A stretch of 64,000 nt of DNA from Candidatus Poseidoniales archaeon (GTDB taxonomy: Archaea; Thermoplasmatota; Poseidoniia; Poseidoniales; Poseidoniaceae): positions 17,577 to 81,576 of the forward strand of contig JAYNJV010000004.1 in NCBI GenBank assembly GCA_038110525.1, read 5' to 3'. The position numbers were made by a program, and so were the translations under genes. The notes beneath the pieces were generated by a model. That model was not told where the DNA came from. It ran no database searches and was given only the letters and a program-made list of their open reading frames with translations. Of this stretch, positions 62,191-64,000 are shown in pieces; within the stretch, counting starts at the first letter, position 1, and each line of letters begins with the position of its first letter.

Positions 62191-62777
62191 TGATGTTTGA
62201 ATTTGACCAAAATATTGCACAACAACTATCCGAAGTGTCACTCAACAGTTCGGTCCAAGTTCGGGTTGGAAATTCAAATGCATTCAGCGTGACGGCGAGC
62301 ACAATTATTCCACTCATGCAGATGTTTGAGATGGGGGGCGTGTACATTTCTGCCAGCCGTGGCGCAGTTGAAATCATCCAAGCGTTCGAAGCCATTGGGA
62401 TTGATGTTTCGCATATTCAGTTCATCGACCTCGTCTCTTCTGGAATTTTAGGTGGTACCGATGTACCCTACAATAACATCCATTTTGTTGATAGCCCAAT
62501 TATGCTCGAAAGCATCCTTTTGAGAACCCTCTACATCTTACAAGCATCGCAAAGCCCAAGGAATTTCGTATTCCTTGATAGTGTCAATGCTCTCGCGATT
62601 TACAACGAGGACAGGATGCTTGCTGAATATCTTCATATCTTTATCAATACATTCCGCCAACGAGAAATTCTTTCGGTCGTTATCAATGTGCCCGATCAAA
62701 CACCGCCACTTGTGTTATCGAATCTTGACCTGTACTGCACCGACCTCATCGACAGAGGAAATGTCGTTATTATGTGA
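62178..62777 (+). CDS. RecA/KaiC-like fold protein lacking a Walker A motif (putative inactive paralog)
   Basis: NFVFLDSVNALAIY (Walker-B-like strand) and a KaiC-like size, but no P-loop. Start overlaps the upstream stop codon (62178/62190/62193). Confidence 0.4.
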   Translation: MGAIMMFEFDQNIAQQLSEVSLNSSVQVRVGNSNAFSVTASTIIPLMQMFEMGGVYISASRGAVEIIQAFEAIGIDVSHIQFIDLVSSGILGGTDVPYNNIHFVDSPIMLESILLRTLYILQASQSPRNFVFLDSVNALAIYNEDRMLAEYLHIFINTFRQREILSVVINVPDQTPPLVLSNLDLYCTDLIDRGNVVIM

Positions 62778-62788
62778 GGGAGAATAGA

Positions 62789-63592
62789 ATGGCAAAAAAG
62801 ATGAGTTTTACCAAAGAGGATGAAGAATTCTTCGGTACCATGGGGTCATTTGGAATTCCAAAATTCGATGCTGCAATGCGGGGAGGTGTTCCACGTGGAT
62901 TTACCATCGTGGCCTTTACCGAAACAGGAAGTGGTAGTGACTTATTTGCAAAACAATTTGTTTCTCCTGCAGAAGAACCAGAAAACTCGTTGTACATTGC
63001 AACCGACGAAGGCCAGCAGGATATTGTTCGTATTTTCCAAAAATACCAGTGGCCACTTGACATCAAAGTTCGCACAATCGGTGAAGAATACAACAACACA
63101 GTGCTTGAAAAGCAACTTCTTGCAAGCCGTTATCGGCTGGAAGGGTTTCAATTAGGTGATATTCAAAGGTTGGCTCAAACTCGATTCGTACAGGAAACAA
63201 CCCAAGATTTCTTGACCGAGGTCACCAATGAGATCATGGCTTTAGGTCCATATTTTAGAGCAGTCATTGATAACATGGATTTCTTCTTACAAAGAGAAGA
63301 CCCTTCACGTGTGATATCAATGGTGAGAATGTTACAAGCTCATGCCCAGATGGTTCGAGGACTCTTGTTCATCTGTGTTTCATCCGAAGGACTTGACAAA
63401 TCGGTCAAGCAAGAACTTTCATCGATTTCCGACATGACCTTATCCTTTAGAGTCCGAACGATTGGTTCAGATTTTGAAACATCGATGATCGTTTCAAAGT
63501 TTAGAAATGCGCCTGAAAATCTCAAGATGCTTGTTTTCCGAGTAACTCCAGAAGAAGGAATCACTCCAGAAACAGTCGAACGTATCGCTTAG
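62789..63592 (+). CDS. KaiC-like protein with a degenerate P-loop
   Basis: GIPKFDAAMRGGVPRGFTIVAFTETGSGSDLFAKQF parallels the KaiC N-terminus, but GxxGxGK[ST] is replaced by TETGSGSD (no Lys). RAVIDNMDFF is a Walker-B-like strand. Confidence 0.5.
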   Translation: MAKKMSFTKEDEEFFGTMGSFGIPKFDAAMRGGVPRGFTIVAFTETGSGSDLFAKQFVSPAEEPENSLYIATDEGQQDIVRIFQKYQWPLDIKVRTIGEEYNNTVLEKQLLASRYRLEGFQLGDIQRLAQTRFVQETTQDFLTEVTNEIMALGPYFRAVIDNMDFFLQREDPSRVISMVRMLQAHAQMVRGLLFICVSSEGLDKSVKQELSSISDMTLSFRVRTIGSDFETSMIVSKFRNAPENLKMLVFRVTPEEGITPETVERIA

Positions 63593-63645
63593 TTGTATTT
63601 CTTGCCAATACGACAGGTCATTAAACACCTGCTTTTGGCAGACAT

Positions 63646-64000
63646 ATGGCGGAACGCTCTTCCACCGGTGGATTTGACCCCACGGGGATTGATGAAGAGG
63701 AGTGGCAAATCCTTGAACGCCAATTAGAACAGACGATACCTCACTACGATAAGGTCAATGCTTGGATGACATTTGGACAGGACAAGCGTTGGAGAAAAAA
63801 TGTAAGAAATCACACTACTGAAGGGATGAACGTATTGGAAGTAGGCTGTGGACCAGGTTCGTTTGCGGTTGACATCGTTGGTGTGGAACTTACATGTCTT
63901 GACCCTTCGGATGAAATGCTTCAAGTGGCTCGACATCGCGTCGGCCAAGCAAGGAAAAACAGAGGCGAGTCTGAAGCTACATTCGTACAAGCCGTAGCCG
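63646..64000 (+). CDS. class I SAM-dependent methyltransferase, UbiE/MenG-like (3'-truncated by the window end)
   Basis: Open frame from ATG 63646 to the window edge. YDKVNAWMTFGQDKRWRK (UbiE-family block) and SAM motif I VLEVGCGPG. Confidence 0.6.
   Translation, partial: MAERSSTGGFDPTGIDEEEWQILERQLEQTIPHYDKVNAWMTFGQDKRWRKNVRNHTTEGMNVLEVGCGPGSFAVDIVGVELTCLDPSDEMLQVARHRVGQARKNRGESEATFVQAVA

Noticed and set aside
1-64000. Search for CRISPR arrays, rRNA genes, IS elements with terminal inverted repeats, and additional tRNAs
   Set aside because: I saw no regularly spaced direct repeats, no rRNA-like conserved stretches and no transposase-like ORFs. Only one T-loop-containing cloverleaf (56161-56247) could be folded by eye, and a tRNA/ncRNA scan with tools could still find more.

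Overview
Densely coding 64-kb stretch of what looks like an archaeal chromosome. Archaeal-specific markers are RNA polymerase subunit Rpo6/RpoK, PurP, the AroA'/AroB' shikimate route, GHMP-type shikimate kinase, RibL, and an archaeal class-III (pilin-type) signal peptide. It also carries many bacterial-type aerobic-heterotroph genes: gpsA, orn, tryptophan 2,3-dioxygenase, acyl-CoA dehydrogenase, heme O/A synthases and a Mo-hydroxylase. That mix fits a marine Thermoplasmatota (Marine Group II/III-like) genome, but this is inference only. Most of the window is housekeeping: an ABC exporter, a riboflavin/FAD operon, trxB, a MoeB-rhodanese E1-like enzyme, a fused 2-oxoacid dehydrogenase E1, a CoxSLM-like Mo-hydroxylase with MocA/XdhC, a MoxR-DUF58 module, an aro operon, ctaAB, one tRNA-Ser(GCT) and several large surface proteins. 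The standout is an ~8.1-kb low-GC island (10247-18318). It is bounded by two 20-bp dyad-symmetric sites in direct orientation, with a third copy at the promoter of a small serine recombinase. Its cargo is a multidomain HNH nuclease with an SRA-like middle region, an atypical C5-cytosine methyltransferase, and a tightly translationally coupled three-gene operon. That operon is led by a GHKL (Bergerat-fold) ATPase with two partners I cannot assign to any family, and it is my best candidate for an undescribed defence system. Secondary curiosities are a membrane coiled-coil protein with two tandem DLDLHV-type (DUF2135/YfaP-like) domains, a pilin-like lamin-tail-domain protein followed by three RecA/KaiC-like paralogs, and a Pro/Ala-rich extension on MoxR. 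No CRISPR array, rRNA or IS element was seen.
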